A stretch of 64,000 nt of DNA from an uncultured virus (IMG/VR IMGVR_UViG_3300035701_000017) (IMGVR_UViG_3300035701_000017), one strand, 5' to 3'; numbered from the stretch's first letter, positions 27,687 to 38,293 are shown. Numbers and translations: made by a program. Notes: generated from the sequence alone by a model not told the origin.

Positions 27687-29848
27687 TATGGCTCCTTATT
27701 GGTCTGCAATTTAACAACATCACTTGATTGACTTGATGGCGTCATTTTTGCAGCAATAACTGATTTTGATCTATTTGAAATAATTGATACATTTTCAATT
27801 TGATCTAAAGTTAATGGTTGTTGAAATCTTATTGAATTTTGTTCGCCAGTAGTAGTTGACAATGTCATTGATGATGCTATTTCTGCGCCTGAAGTTCCAG
27901 TAGAAGACTTAATAATAATTTTAAGATCTTCACTTAATTTTAAATCTTTTGCAAATGGATAACCATTACCTTTTAACTCATAACCCTCATTATCAGTGAC
28001 TTGTTGAAATAATCTTGGATCATAACCCTGTTGTTTTGCTTCATCGTAGATATATCTAAAAGTACCCTGATATTTTAATATATCATCAATTGATTTAAAT
28101 CTATAATCTGGTCGTTCAACAGCAAATTTTGAAATTGATGATGGATTACACAATGTTGCAACATTATTTAAAGGATTATCTTGATCATGAATTGTATCTT
28201 TTCCTATAATGTTTGTCTGAACTGAGTCAGTACCAGTTACTTCAATTAATAAATTTTTAAGAATTTGTCCGAAATTATTTATTTTTCTTTTTCTAATTGC
28301 AGTTAAAGATAGTCTAGTAGAAAATGTCTCACCAAATGTAAAATCGTGATCTATTGCTGTAATATATCCAAACATATCTTTACTTCTAATAAACACTGGA
28401 TATCCTAATTTTAGTTCTGGTCGGCCTTGAATAGTCAATGAAGTATTATCTACTAAACTATTTCTTCTAGCTAATTCACGATGAGCATATTGAAAAGCTT
28501 CATCCTGACTAGTTATAAAATTTGTTTTAATAACTTCTGATCGTAATCCATATTTTTGCAATTTATCTTTATCAATAGCAAAACCATAATATGCATTAGC
28601 ATCATCACCGCCACCAGTATTGTTTTGACCCGTCACAGTAACACCCGTTACATCAACTCGAGTTATAACAGCTGATTCATCATCAATTTCATTAATGCTT
28701 TCAATATCAATATCTTCAATTACATAAACAGGATTTTCACGAGTATCCATATTATAAAACTGCGGCTTTAATACAATTGTGCCATCAACATCTTGATAGA
28801 ATTCAAAATGTAATTGATCTTTAACTTCATTTGCAACATCAAGTCTATTTTGTAAATTAGATTCAAATATTGGAGCTTCTTGCGCATTAAACTCAGCCGC
28901 GCCTTTAGGATATAATTTAGATACATCTATCCATGGTTGTTCGACTTCTAAGTGCGTTTTAGCATTAGTTACTTTTCTCATACCGTAAATGTATTTATAT
29001 TGATTAAGATCAACTATGATATCTCGAACACCATTTACATTTATCTCACCAGGACCTTGATATGCAAAAATATACAACGCAGAGCTTATCTCTTTAAATT
29101 TTTCATTCCATTTTTTTATTGTTTGATCAGTAAACTTTCTTAAAGTATCAATTTTATCTGCATCAGTACTACTTTGTTGACTAATTTCATTTATTGCTTT
29201 ATCAAATGCTTTATCTCTGTCTGCCAAATTTAATAATTCTAAAAATCCATCTCCTGTCGACAATGTCAATAAGGCATTAATAACGCCCGGCGTGCTTAAG
29301 CTTACAAAATAAGATGAAAATGCAATCATGCCTTTTGATAATACTTGTCCGTTAATGTCAATGGGCATGCCTGAATTATATGCTGATGGTTGAACGTTCA
29401 CTTTTGTAACTTGCAGCCATCTCATCATATCTTGACATGTAATTGTGACAGATACAAAATCTCCAGCGCTAGTACTTTCAGATAAGTTGCTAATCATTCC
29501 CCAGAATGTTGGATAATATTGAGGTTCACCGTCTAATAGAAATCTGCCTTTCATGTATATTTCTATTTCTACCATAGTAGATAGTGCATCTTTAATACTG
29601 CCATAAAAACCTTCAAACATGTGTCTTGGCGATCTAACAGTTATAGTTGCTTGACCGGGCACACTATCAACACCTTTTGATACAGATATACTATTGACGA
29701 ACATCATAAAATCAACAGCAACATTTGTATCATTATTTTTATCATCAAATCCTTTGAGAGATATAGTCCTGCTACCGTCTATATAAATAACTGCATCTGG
29801 TGCAATTACATCTACAGGTGCTTGTCTATGTTTTTGATTTTTGTTCAT
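27686..29848 (-). CDS. Baseplate hub protein (gp27/gpD-like)
   Basis: ITCQDMM.WL, FEFYQDVDG.IV.KP..YN, KYGLR, TIQGRPELKLGYP. Confidence 0.75.
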   Translation of the reverse strand: MNKNQKHRQAPVDVIAPDAVIYIDGSRTISLKGFDDKNNDTNVAVDFMMFVNSISVSKGVDSVPGQATITVRSPRHMFEGFYGSIKDALSTMVEIEIYMKGRFLLDGEPQYYPTFWGMISNLSESTSAGDFVSVTITCQDMMRWLQVTKVNVQPSAYNSGMPIDINGQVLSKGMIAFSSYFVSLSTPGVINALLTLSTGDGFLELLNLADRDKAFDKAINEISQQSSTDADKIDTLRKFTDQTIKKWNEKFKEISSALYIFAYQGPGEINVNGVRDIIVDLNQYKYIYGMRKVTNAKTHLEVEQPWIDVSKLYPKGAAEFNAQEAPIFESNLQNRLDVANEVKDQLHFEFYQDVDGTIVLKPQFYNMDTRENPVYVIEDIDIESINEIDDESAVITRVDVTGVTVTGQNNTGGGDDANAYYGFAIDKDKLQKYGLRSEVIKTNFITSQDEAFQYAHRELARRNSLVDNTSLTIQGRPELKLGYPVFIRSKDMFGYITAIDHDFTFGETFSTRLSLTAIRKRKINNFGQILKNLLIEVTGTDSVQTNIIGKDTIHDQDNPLNNVATLCNPSSISKFAVERPDYRFKSIDDILKYQGTFRYIYDEAKQQGYDPRLFQQVTDNEGYELKGNGYPFAKDLKLSEDLKIIIKSSTGTSGAEIASSMTLSTTTGEQNSIRFQQPLTLDQIENVSIISNRSKSVIAAKMTPSSQSSDVVKLQTNKEP

Positions 29849-29893
29849 GTTTTTAATTTCCTTAAAAATCTTGTAAAGGTTTAATAACTCCTG

Positions 29894-30184
29894 TCAAGTT
29901 ATTCTTACTTTAACCGGATTAAACAATAACCCACTATTAACTATGCTCTTAATAAAAGAACAATCGCTAATTACTTTCCTCATTATATTCAACGCACCAT
30001 TAACATCAGCATTTATCAACTTACCCACACTACTCTGAAATAACCCTCTTTTCACTCTCTTTCCCATATACTTCTCCTGATGTCCCAATTCTTCTAACGC
30101 TAATGCATCACATTTTGACGTATGGGCTTCTTCAGTCTCTACAACTTTTATTCCTACCATTTGACACTTATATGTAAGTTGCAT
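29894..30184 (-). pseudogene. tnpB: C-terminal fragment of IS200/IS605 TnpB
   Basis: LTYKC..VGI.V...EE.HTSKC...KRVKRGLF.S..G..INADVNGALNI.RK; N-terminal part and RuvC-I/II absent. Confidence 0.8.
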
Positions 30185-30233
30185 AAATTTTAAAATTTTC
30201 TTGAAAATTCATTGTTTTTTAACATTATTTTGT

Positions 30234-30785
30234 TCATATATTTCTCGCATCAATTGTTTGACTGACAGTAAATTGAAAATCGAATGATAAATTAAATGGT
30301 TTTTGATCAGTCTCGTCAACACTTAATGAATCAAATGATCCTTTGTAAATTATGTCATCATAAGCAATTATGACTCTACCGACTGATTTGATTAAACCGT
30401 TGTTGTTGTTAATTAAAGATATGTTTTTTGTTGGCTTATTAACATAATTTCTGCCATTATTTCTGTATATTTCAATTAAGCTATTTAAGTTTCTAAATCC
30501 AATTGAGTTGCGTCTAGTTTCAGTAGTTAAACCTCTATTACTGTAAAACATTGCTGATAAACCAGAACAAGAGATTGTGTCTAGTTCATCATAAACAGCG
30601 TTGTATAAATAGGGTTGTCGATCTCTTGCCATTGATCTATGTCTGCTTTGAGATACTAATTTTGCTAGAGCTTTGTTAAATTCATTTGGGTTTATTGCAA
30701 GTGACAATACTGGTGGTGGATTTTCTATGTCCAATTCAAAATACATTGGTTTAGCTGGAACTTTGCATCCTAAGATGTTTGGCAT
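30234..30785 (-). CDS. Tail tube initiator-like protein (gp48/gp54-like)
   Basis: INP..F, Y.NNG, I.YD..IYKGSF.S....E...KPF...F.F.F; paralogue of the next gene; follows tape measure. Confidence 0.55.
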   Translation of the reverse strand: MPNILGCKVPAKPMYFELDIENPPPVLSLAINPNEFNKALAKLVSQSRHRSMARDRQPYLYNAVYDELDTISCSGLSAMFYSNRGLTTETRRNSIGFRNLNSLIEIYRNNGRNYVNKPTKNISLINNNNGLIKSVGRVIIAYDDIIYKGSFDSLSVDETDQKPFNLSFDFQFTVSQTIDARNI

Positions 30786-30794
30786 ATAATTCCT

Positions 30795-31493
30795 TTAAGT
30801 TGTTATATCTAAAGTTACAACATCATTTTTGTTTGCACCAGGTCTTAGAACTGTTGTTGTGTTTATAAAAGATTTTATTCTACCTGGAAATAGTTCTTGT
30901 GAAACTTTAAATGCTAGACTATATTGAAGATTAAATTGTTTTTCTGCAATTTCATTAATCTCAAAACTTTCAAAAAAGCCTCTATAGACAACAGAATCAT
31001 ATATCATTATGACTGAGCCTTGTGCGACTATTGTTCCTGATTTTTCATCATATAGTGTTCCATTGTTTCTATAAATAGATGTAAGTTTTTCAAACTCTCT
31101 ATAAGCGTCAGTGTCTCTTCGTGTCTTATTTGTTAATCCTAATTCACCGAAGAAAGTAGCTGATTTTCCAGATAAAGATAATGAATCAAGTTCTTCTCCC
31201 CAATGTTCTTCTAAAAAACCGCCTAATGTTCTTTTTCGTCTAATGAGTTGTTTATAGCTTGACTTTAAACTATCGGGATTTATGTTCATAGCTAAATCTG
31301 GCAACTTATATTTGTCAGGAATATCTCTAATTTGCCAGATTATTGGTTTTTTGTTTGTAACAGTTCCTTGACCAACTTGCGCAGGAAATGGTTTGTTAGT
31401 AAATGCTTCAGTGTTTTTACGTAGTCTTAGATCAAGTTCATTTATAGTATTGATAGTGTTTTTTAAACCAGTAGTAGCATCATTAATAGCCAT
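30795..31493 (-). CDS. Tail tube initiator-like protein
   Basis: INPDSL..SY......RT.GG..EEHWGEELD.LS.SG; YRGFFESF. Confidence 0.6.
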   Translation of the reverse strand: MAINDATTGLKNTINTINELDLRLRKNTEAFTNKPFPAQVGQGTVTNKKPIIWQIRDIPDKYKLPDLAMNINPDSLKSSYKQLIRRKRTLGGFLEEHWGEELDSLSLSGKSATFFGELGLTNKTRRDTDAYREFEKLTSIYRNNGTLYDEKSGTIVAQGSVIMIYDSVVYRGFFESFEINEIAEKQFNLQYSLAFKVSQELFPGRIKSFINTTTVLRPGANKNDVVTLDITT

Positions 31494-31495
31494 GT

Positions 31496-34400
31496 TTAAT
31501 ATCCTGACTTTTTGTCATTATATAGTACTTTGTAAACTATTTGTTCTATTTCTTGTCGATCTTTTTGATTAATGTTAATTGTGACTTGATTTGTAATACT
31601 AGGTTTAGCTGCTGCTCCGACAGCAGTAGGAACAGCTACTGGGGTTGCTTGTGAAATTTTATTAAGTAAGTCTGTCATACTAAAAGAATCCATAGTTTGG
31701 CTAGATTTGCCTGATTTAATTGTATTCATTAAAGAATTTAAATTATCTGGTCCAGCTTTTTTTGTCGATTGAGCATCAAAAACAAATTCTTTTTTATGGA
31801 CTAATCCTGCAATGTCATTTCGAGTTCCTTCATTTCCTGTATATCCACCTAATGCAAAGCCAGTATGACCGCCCTTTAAAAATCCTCCTATTTCAGGAGC
31901 TTCTTGCTCTTTCTTTTTTCTGTCTTCTTCAATTTGTTCCGGAGTCTTACCTGATTTAACTTCTTCAAGCATCTGTTTAGCATATTGTCTAGCAGTTGCT
32001 GCTGCAGGATTTATTGAAGCAATGACTTTACCAACAAGACCTTGTCCTGTGTTTGCATCAACTTTACCTTTACCTTCTGATAATTTTTGAAGATTACTTC
32101 TTATAGCTTTATCTTCTTCTTTATATACGTCAAGTTGCTTTTTTAATTCTTTTTTACGCTGTTCATTAGTTTCATTTTGAAGATCAATACTAGTTTCTCT
32201 TATTTGACCTAATTTTTCTGCATGAGCTGTATATTGTTTTTCCATTTCGTCTTTCATTTGATTACTTATTTTGTAATCTTTACCCATCCAGTCTGAAAAC
32301 ATTGCAACTAACTTTTCAACACCTAAATAAATTCCTCTAATCCATTTTTGAATAGTCTGTTTAATCGTGTCTTGTATAGGTTTGGTTCCTTCAGCGATTA
32401 TGCTAGCTTGTTTACTTGCGCTCTCTTCAAGCCTTTTCTTATCAGCTTCTGTTAATTCTTTTCCAAGCCCTTTAAAACTAAATCCTTCTTTTTTAGTTAA
32501 ATCTTCAATTAGACGCCATTGCTCATCACTAATGCCAAAAGGCTTTCCTAATAATGGTAATATTGTTCTACCATATTTATCAATTAACTCTTTAAGTTGT
32601 TTCGTGTTACCAATATCAATTTTTATGCCTTCTTTAGCTTCTAATTGCTTAAAAACAGATTCTAATGATGCCCTTATCTGATCTGCAGGGTTTAAAGCTT
32701 CAAATCCTCTAACAAAACGTTCAAATTCGTTAGTGTTTACATTTAATGCTGCGCTCAATTCATCAACTCTAGATTGCTGACTTTTAAGTCTTTCTTCGTC
32801 TGACTTTGATAATTTTTTATTTCGTTTTTGTCTATTTTCAATTTCTTCATTTGACTTTACAAGTGCTGCTCTTTCTTCTTCAATTTTTTTAATTGAACCC
32901 GTCTGCTGCATCACTAAATACTTTTGTTGATTGTTCATTGTCTTGTTCAATGTCACAAGACCAGTTGCCATTGATGTAGCTTCTTTTTGACCTAATTTAG
33001 TACCTTTAACTAATTGAGACATTGCTGATGATATAGCTTCGATTCTAGTACCATATATCGTCATTCCTTGAGCGGCATTCATTACACTAGAAAAGAATCT
33101 TGATGTCATTATACCTGCATTAGAAGCATCATCTCGTAATCCAACAAACGTACCAATTAATTCTTTAGTACCTTTATTAAACTCAGTCGTCCATTGACCA
33201 GTAATATCAGCCATTTCACCAAATGACTGTCCCGATAAAATCGCCATGTGTTCTACTTCAACCATAAGATCACCATTGTGCGATGTAACGTCTGATAGTT
33301 TAAATCCAGACTTAACTAAATCATTTGTATATGCCAATGCTTCTTCATAAGTTATGGCAGCTCTTGACCACATTGATTCCATGGTATGTAAATATCCATC
33401 CATTGACTTTGTACCTGTCATTTGATCTTTCTTAATATTTCCCCACATCTTGCCCGACGTTAATCCTAACGTCAATAAATTTTTTCTTGCTTTTTGCGTT
33501 TCCTTATTATAACTCAACATTGTCATTACAAAGCCAGCAATTCCACCCAACGCTAACAATGGTCCCGACAAACTCTTAACTACTGATAATATACCTTTCA
33601 TTTGTTCATTTCCAACATCAGATAATTTTTCAGTAGCTTTTGAACCTATTTCAGAGGCAGAGACTGCTGCAGCTTTTGTCAAGCCAAGAGACTTCATTAA
33701 AGATTTTTTCTCTTCTCTTATAATCTTACCGCGTTCAAGCCAACCAACACCTTTTTGCGACAAAGCAGCATTTTGAAGCTTCAAATTCATCATCATCGTT
33801 TTCAATTCATCTTTTCTAGCCTGCTTTGTCTTTTTTAATAAACTATAATGTTTCTTTTCAAAATCAGTTTGCTTTGCGTCATACGATATTAATGTCTTAG
33901 CTTGTTTTATTGCATCTTCATCAGTCATCTCTTTATTAGATTTCTTTAATTCAACAGCAAGCGCTGACACTAGCTCTGCTCTTTCTTGCTGTAATCTGTT
34001 TAACTCTTTTGTAGCATTTGTTTCTTTATCAATTAAGCTATTTTTATAATCTTGAAGATCTACATCACTCTTACTTAACTCATTTTGTTCTTTTTCTAAT
34101 TGACTTAATGTACTCTTAGTTTGAATTTCATCTTCTAAAAATGACTTTGCTTCTTTGTCATAATCTAAAGCAGCTTGCTGTTGATCAACATCAAGATTTG
34201 CTAAATCTTTAATTGCTTGCTCTTTATCTGCATTTGCTTTATTAAATTTAAAAATTGATTCATCATCATCATTTTCAGAAAACTTAGACATATCTTTCTC
34301 AGCTTTACTGATCTTATTTTTTAATGTCATTTTTTTCTTAGAAAAATCACTGTCTTTTTTATTGTACTTAAGTTGTGTTTTATTAATCTCATCTTGAATT

Positions 34401-34654
34401 TTTTTGTATTTTTTTATATTAGTGAAAATTTTCTGTTCTAGTACAGTCTTTTTCAAACTAATTTTGTCACCCTCTTTAGTAGCAGTATCATAATCTTTCT
34501 TTATTTTTTGAATTGACTTTTCAAGGCCTATCCACTCAGCACTAGCTTCCTTACGAAAACTTTCACTAAAGTGTTTACCAAGCTCTTTAACTTTTGCTTG
34601 ATCAATTGGTCCAAATTCAACATCTAAGACTATCTTACTACTACTTTGAGCCAT
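31496..34654 (-). CDS. Tape measure protein
   Basis: 1052-aa helical protein with FALGGYTG...AGLVHKKEFVF motif; lies between chaperones and baseplate. Confidence 0.8.
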   Translation of the reverse strand: MAQSSSKIVLDVEFGPIDQAKVKELGKHFSESFRKEASAEWIGLEKSIQKIKKDYDTATKEGDKISLKKTVLEQKIFTNIKKYKKIQDEINKTQLKYNKKDSDFSKKKMTLKNKISKAEKDMSKFSENDDDESIFKFNKANADKEQAIKDLANLDVDQQQAALDYDKEAKSFLEDEIQTKSTLSQLEKEQNELSKSDVDLQDYKNSLIDKETNATKELNRLQQERAELVSALAVELKKSNKEMTDEDAIKQAKTLISYDAKQTDFEKKHYSLLKKTKQARKDELKTMMMNLKLQNAALSQKGVGWLERGKIIREEKKSLMKSLGLTKAAAVSASEIGSKATEKLSDVGNEQMKGILSVVKSLSGPLLALGGIAGFVMTMLSYNKETQKARKNLLTLGLTSGKMWGNIKKDQMTGTKSMDGYLHTMESMWSRAAITYEEALAYTNDLVKSGFKLSDVTSHNGDLMVEVEHMAILSGQSFGEMADITGQWTTEFNKGTKELIGTFVGLRDDASNAGIMTSRFFSSVMNAAQGMTIYGTRIEAISSAMSQLVKGTKLGQKEATSMATGLVTLNKTMNNQQKYLVMQQTGSIKKIEEERAALVKSNEEIENRQKRNKKLSKSDEERLKSQQSRVDELSAALNVNTNEFERFVRGFEALNPADQIRASLESVFKQLEAKEGIKIDIGNTKQLKELIDKYGRTILPLLGKPFGISDEQWRLIEDLTKKEGFSFKGLGKELTEADKKRLEESASKQASIIAEGTKPIQDTIKQTIQKWIRGIYLGVEKLVAMFSDWMGKDYKISNQMKDEMEKQYTAHAEKLGQIRETSIDLQNETNEQRKKELKKQLDVYKEEDKAIRSNLQKLSEGKGKVDANTGQGLVGKVIASINPAAATARQYAKQMLEEVKSGKTPEQIEEDRKKKEQEAPEIGGFLKGGHTGFALGGYTGNEGTRNDIAGLVHKKEFVFDAQSTKKAGPDNLNSLMNTIKSGKSSQTMDSFSMTDLLNKISQATPVAVPTAVGAAAKPSITNQVTININQKDRQEIEQIVYKVLYNDKKSGY

Positions 34655-34656
34655 GA

Positions 34657-35040
34657 TTATTCCTTCTTTTCACCATATTCTCGTTTATCAACACTAGCTT
34701 TAATCACTTTATCAAGAATGCAATATTCATTAAATAAATAATCAACAACTTCAGCGCCAAATGAAGATACAATATTCAATTTATCGTCTAACATGCCCTT
34801 AGGATTCAATTTCACATCATTTATTGATATTATCGATCTAGCAACAGTATGTATTTTCAACATATTTGTACTTGCATCTGCATCATCATACTTATTACTT
34901 ATTTCAAAAATATCAACTACTTCAATCGCAGTTAATGGTGCCAACACTAGTTTAACATCACCAAATTTAATTTCTCTTTCTTTATAACCATACGACTGTA
35001 GTGTTTTTAAAACATCTAACGCTTTTAATTGATCACTCAT
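34657..35040 (-). CDS. Tail assembly chaperone-like protein
   Basis: L.PLT..E...K..TVARSI..IN...VVDYLF.EY; precedes tape measure. Confidence 0.55.
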   Translation of the reverse strand: MSDQLKALDVLKTLQSYGYKEREIKFGDVKLVLAPLTAIEVVDIFEISNKYDDADASTNMLKIHTVARSIISINDVKLNPKGMLDDKLNIVSSFGAEVVDYLFNEYCILDKVIKASVDKREYGEKKE

Positions 35041-35510
35041 ACTTTTTCCTTTTCATCTGTTTTAATCTCTTTTGCTTGAGCTTGAGCTTCTTTAAAACCT
35101 ACGACATTTGTCTCGGCAGTCATTCTTATTTTTTCAAAAAATTCGTCAGTTACGCCTAATAATTTTGCATATTCAATATATAGATCATCAACAACTTGCT
35201 GACTCCAAGATTCAATAATTATTCTTTTTTCAGTGGCATCAACTTTTTCAAGCGATATACCATCAATATGAGTTATTGCTCTAACTAATGTTTCAATTTT
35301 ATGTTTATAAATCATTGCCTGTCCCCACAATGACATACATTCAACAAATGTATCAGTTTCATCTTTAGCACCTAACGTGCGAACAGTAATTATATGATCG
35401 TCTAAAGGCACTTCTTTTGATCTAAATCTTAACTCAGCTATAGCATTTAAAGCTAAAATAGGATCATCAAACTTTTTTGTCATAATTTTCTCCTTAATCT
35501 GATTATTCAT
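35037..35510 (-). CDS. Tail assembly chaperone-like protein (true start may be MTKKF at 35483)
   Basis: VRTL...E...KIETLVRAI..IDG...W...VVDDLY.EY; AAGGAG upstream of 35483. Confidence 0.55.
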   Translation of the reverse strand: MNNQIKEKIMTKKFDDPILALNAIAELRFRSKEVPLDDHIITVRTLGAKDETDTFVECMSLWGQAMIYKHKIETLVRAITHIDGISLEKVDATEKRIIIESWSQQVVDDLYIEYAKLLGVTDEFFEKIRMTAETNVVGFKEAQAQAKEIKTDEKEKV

Positions 35511-36813
35511 TTTGAATTTGTTTAATCATTTCTTGTTGTCTATTTTCAAAATTATTGCCTGATAATACTCTTTCTCGTTTATCTAATCTAGTCTCATCTT
35601 CTTTTGCCTTTTTCATTAAATCACGAACTTTTTTAGCAACATCTGAAATTTTTTCATCTTCAGCTATATATTGTTCAATATATTTTGTAGTTTCTTCTTC
35701 ATTTTCACTAGTGATTTGTTTAAATATAGAATCTCTATTTTTCAACATTAAAAATGATGTTATAGTTACAACTTCAGAGTAATCTACATTATTAACAATC
35801 CATTGTCCTGTTATTTGACTTTCAGGCGAATCATCTTCTAACATTGTAATTTGTTGAAATGCAACTGGCAAATTTGATGTGTTTTTTGTTTCAATTATAA
35901 TTGCATTTGTTATTTTTCGTTCATAAATGATTTTTGCACGTCTTGCATTTTCTTTTTTAATTCTTAATTGTTTCGCAAATTCATATTCTTCATGTTCTCT
36001 TATAATTTTGTCATGTTCGTCTTCTGAAAAAGCTTTTTCTAATAATTGTTGAACTCGACCTTTATAATCCATTATTGATTCTCCCTGACGTCTATTCATA
36101 GTATCAAACAGTTCATCAGCAGTGTTTTCAATTAGAATCTTTTCATTTGTTTTGTTTTCAATTTGCATAATTTCATCTTTATCTTTCTTAATCGTTTCTT
36201 CATCTTCTGTTAATTTTCTTTGATTTTGAATCTTTTGCATTGCTTTTGGATTTATGAATGTACAAATCATCTCACTAATGTATTCAGCTTTCTTCCAACC
36301 TCGATTACTTTCATCAGCAATGTCATTTTGTAAATTCAAATATATCCAGATTTGTTGTAATGAAGCTAATCCTTTGAATTCAAAATCTGTATTACCAGTT
36401 ATTACTGCGCTATTAAGACTTGATTTTGTTGCTCTTACTACAGACCAACGCAATTTTGATTCATCAATTTCTATAAATTGGCTTATTAAATCAGCTGATT
36501 TTCTTGAACGATCTGCTAACTTTAGATATTCTTCAAAAAGTTTGATTATAATTTGTTTTGGCCAGTCTTTTATTACATCTCTAGATTCATTTGTGATTTT
36601 ACAGCCGTTTATAGAATAAACAGATTTTTGCACAGTGTCAATTGCTGCCATTAAATTGTATTCGTTTGGCAGATGTTTGTAAGTTTCAATTATAGAGTCT
36701 TCTTCAAAAGAAAATAATGTCCGTATAATAATAACGTAATCCTTAAATTTGATAGTTTCTTTAAGAAAACCGTCAAATATTAAGGATCTTATATCATTAA
36801 ATTTTTCATTCAT
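35503..36813 (-). CDS. Chaperone-like N-domain plus long acidic coiled coil
   Basis: IRTL...EE...SVYSING...WP...KLF.EY resembles the two following genes. Confidence 0.5.
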   Translation of the reverse strand: MNEKFNDIRSLIFDGFLKETIKFKDYVIIIRTLFSFEEDSIIETYKHLPNEYNLMAAIDTVQKSVYSINGCKITNESRDVIKDWPKQIIIKLFEEYLKLADRSRKSADLISQFIEIDESKLRWSVVRATKSSLNSAVITGNTDFEFKGLASLQQIWIYLNLQNDIADESNRGWKKAEYISEMICTFINPKAMQKIQNQRKLTEDEETIKKDKDEIMQIENKTNEKILIENTADELFDTMNRRQGESIMDYKGRVQQLLEKAFSEDEHDKIIREHEEYEFAKQLRIKKENARRAKIIYERKITNAIIIETKNTSNLPVAFQQITMLEDDSPESQITGQWIVNNVDYSEVVTITSFLMLKNRDSIFKQITSENEEETTKYIEQYIAEDEKISDVAKKVRDLMKKAKEDETRLDKRERVLSGNNFENRQQEMIKQIQNE

Positions 36814-36837
36814 AGTTCATTCTTTAAAGTAATTGAT

Positions 36838-38172
36838 TCAATAAAATTCACATAATGATTTTTTATTAAACAATCTAAAAACTTTAAGCTTATCACTCAA
36901 AGAAACCCTATACTTCAATTTAAGGCTTTTTACCTGTCTATATAACTCTCGCCAATCTTTAATATCTACTAATTTTACAACATTATCACTAAATTCTTCC
37001 AATGACTTAGTGATAACACTAATAGACTTTTTAAAGTCTGGAAAAAGTACAGGTTTAATTTTATTTTTAAAGCAATAACAACGTCTACTTATTTCTATGC
37101 TACTAGCTATTGGATCAAAATACTGTCTATTCATTATGTTTCCAACAAAACTTGAATATTGTGGTAATATCTTGTACAGTTTAATACCACAAATATTTAG
37201 TCGCTTTTCTATATTACTTACTAATTTCCCTCTATTCCATAAATTATTCACTAACCTATTATACTTGCTTCCTTTTCCCTTGTCACTCGACTTAATTGAC
37301 AATTCTTCTATACCAAAACTCTCTACATGATATTGCCTAGCCATGTTAACTAAATATTTAGCTACTTCAAATGTTTCAAATACTCTTTTATTGACTAAAT
37401 ATTTCATTCTACTATCTTCGCTACTTACTTTGAGATCTTTTAATTCAAATTGTTTATCATTTAATTGCTTGATACTTATACAGCTCGTCTTTATTATACT
37501 CTTGCTATCTTCACTCTTCCAGTCAATAACAGAAAAGCCTATATAATTAGGATTTAAGTCTAAAGTCATAATTCTATTTTTAACTTTGCTTGCAATTTCT
37601 TGTTTTAGAAAATTCTCATCAAAAGTGATATAAATAAAATCTAAGTCTAAAGCAATAGTTACAGGCAATAGTTTGTCATTAGTAGCTTGCTCTAGTTTAA
37701 ATAGAATTTTTTGGTAGTTTTTTCTTAATTTGGGTAATTGAAGCTCTATTTTTGTTTTAAAACAAGGTTTAAATATTAATTTATTCTCTTCAATAATATT
37801 AAACTCAAACTTACGATTACCATAATAATTACTCTCACCTATAACATATAATGGCAACAATTTTTTTATCTTAAACTCTTCTTTTGTTATTCTATTCTTC
37901 ATTCTTTCAAAAAACAACTTCTTACCACCAAATATTACTTTTTCATCACTAAGACTTTTAGCTTTATACATCGCGCATTGTTTAAACCAGCTATCGATAA
38001 ATATATTGTTCATAGTGTTAGATAGTGACGTGAGTTGTACTTGTGAGAGTAATTTGTTCTCTTGTAATCTATTGTATAAGAATTTAATTACATTATTTTG
38101 ATTTTTCATATAGTTCAAAATTATGTCTTTGGATTCTTTACTGGTTAAATATTTTAATTTTATTGTATTCAT
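36838..38172 (-). CDS. tnpB: Stand-alone TnpB-related RuvC nuclease (Zn-ribbon-less subfamily)
   Basis: VIFGG, GNRKF, RuvC-I LDLNP, RuvC-II GIEEL, P.YSS..G, RuvC-III FDPIASSIEISRR; no tnpA nearby. Confidence 0.75.
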   Translation of the reverse strand: MNTIKLKYLTSKESKDIILNYMKNQNNVIKFLYNRLQENKLLSQVQLTSLSNTMNNIFIDSWFKQCAMYKAKSLSDEKVIFGGKKLFFERMKNRITKEEFKIKKLLPLYVIGESNYYGNRKFEFNIIEENKLIFKPCFKTKIELQLPKLRKNYQKILFKLEQATNDKLLPVTIALDLDFIYITFDENFLKQEIASKVKNRIMTLDLNPNYIGFSVIDWKSEDSKSIIKTSCISIKQLNDKQFELKDLKVSSEDSRMKYLVNKRVFETFEVAKYLVNMARQYHVESFGIEELSIKSSDKGKGSKYNRLVNNLWNRGKLVSNIEKRLNICGIKLYKILPQYSSFVGNIMNRQYFDPIASSIEISRRCYCFKNKIKPVLFPDFKKSISVITKSLEEFSDNVVKLVDIKDWRELYRQVKSLKLKYRVSLSDKLKVFRLFNKKSLCEFY

Positions 38173-38185
38173 AATAAATTTGCAA

Positions 38186-38293
38186 CTTGTTGTCTTAAAT
38201 ACTTTTCTAGTTTATCTAGTTTTTTGTCTTTTCATTAAGTCTCGAACTTTTTTAGCATCTGAAAATTTTTCATCTTCAGTTATATTGTTCAAT
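38186..38293. repeat. Degenerate, deletion-riddled copy of 35532-35679 (3' end of the 436-aa gene)
   Basis: ttttcattaagtctcgaacttttttagcatctgaaaatttttcatcttcagttatattgttcaat vs ttttcattaaatcacgaacttttttagcaacatctgaaattttttcatcttcagctatatattgttcaat. Confidence 0.85.

Noticed and set aside
35037..35060. Tail chaperone programmed frameshift
   Set aside because: No in-phase X XXY YYZ heptamer at the gene end; the next gene has its own ATGA-coupled start
35532..38293. DGR template/variable repeat pair
   Set aside because: Differences include indels and non-adenine changes, and no reverse transcriptase is present
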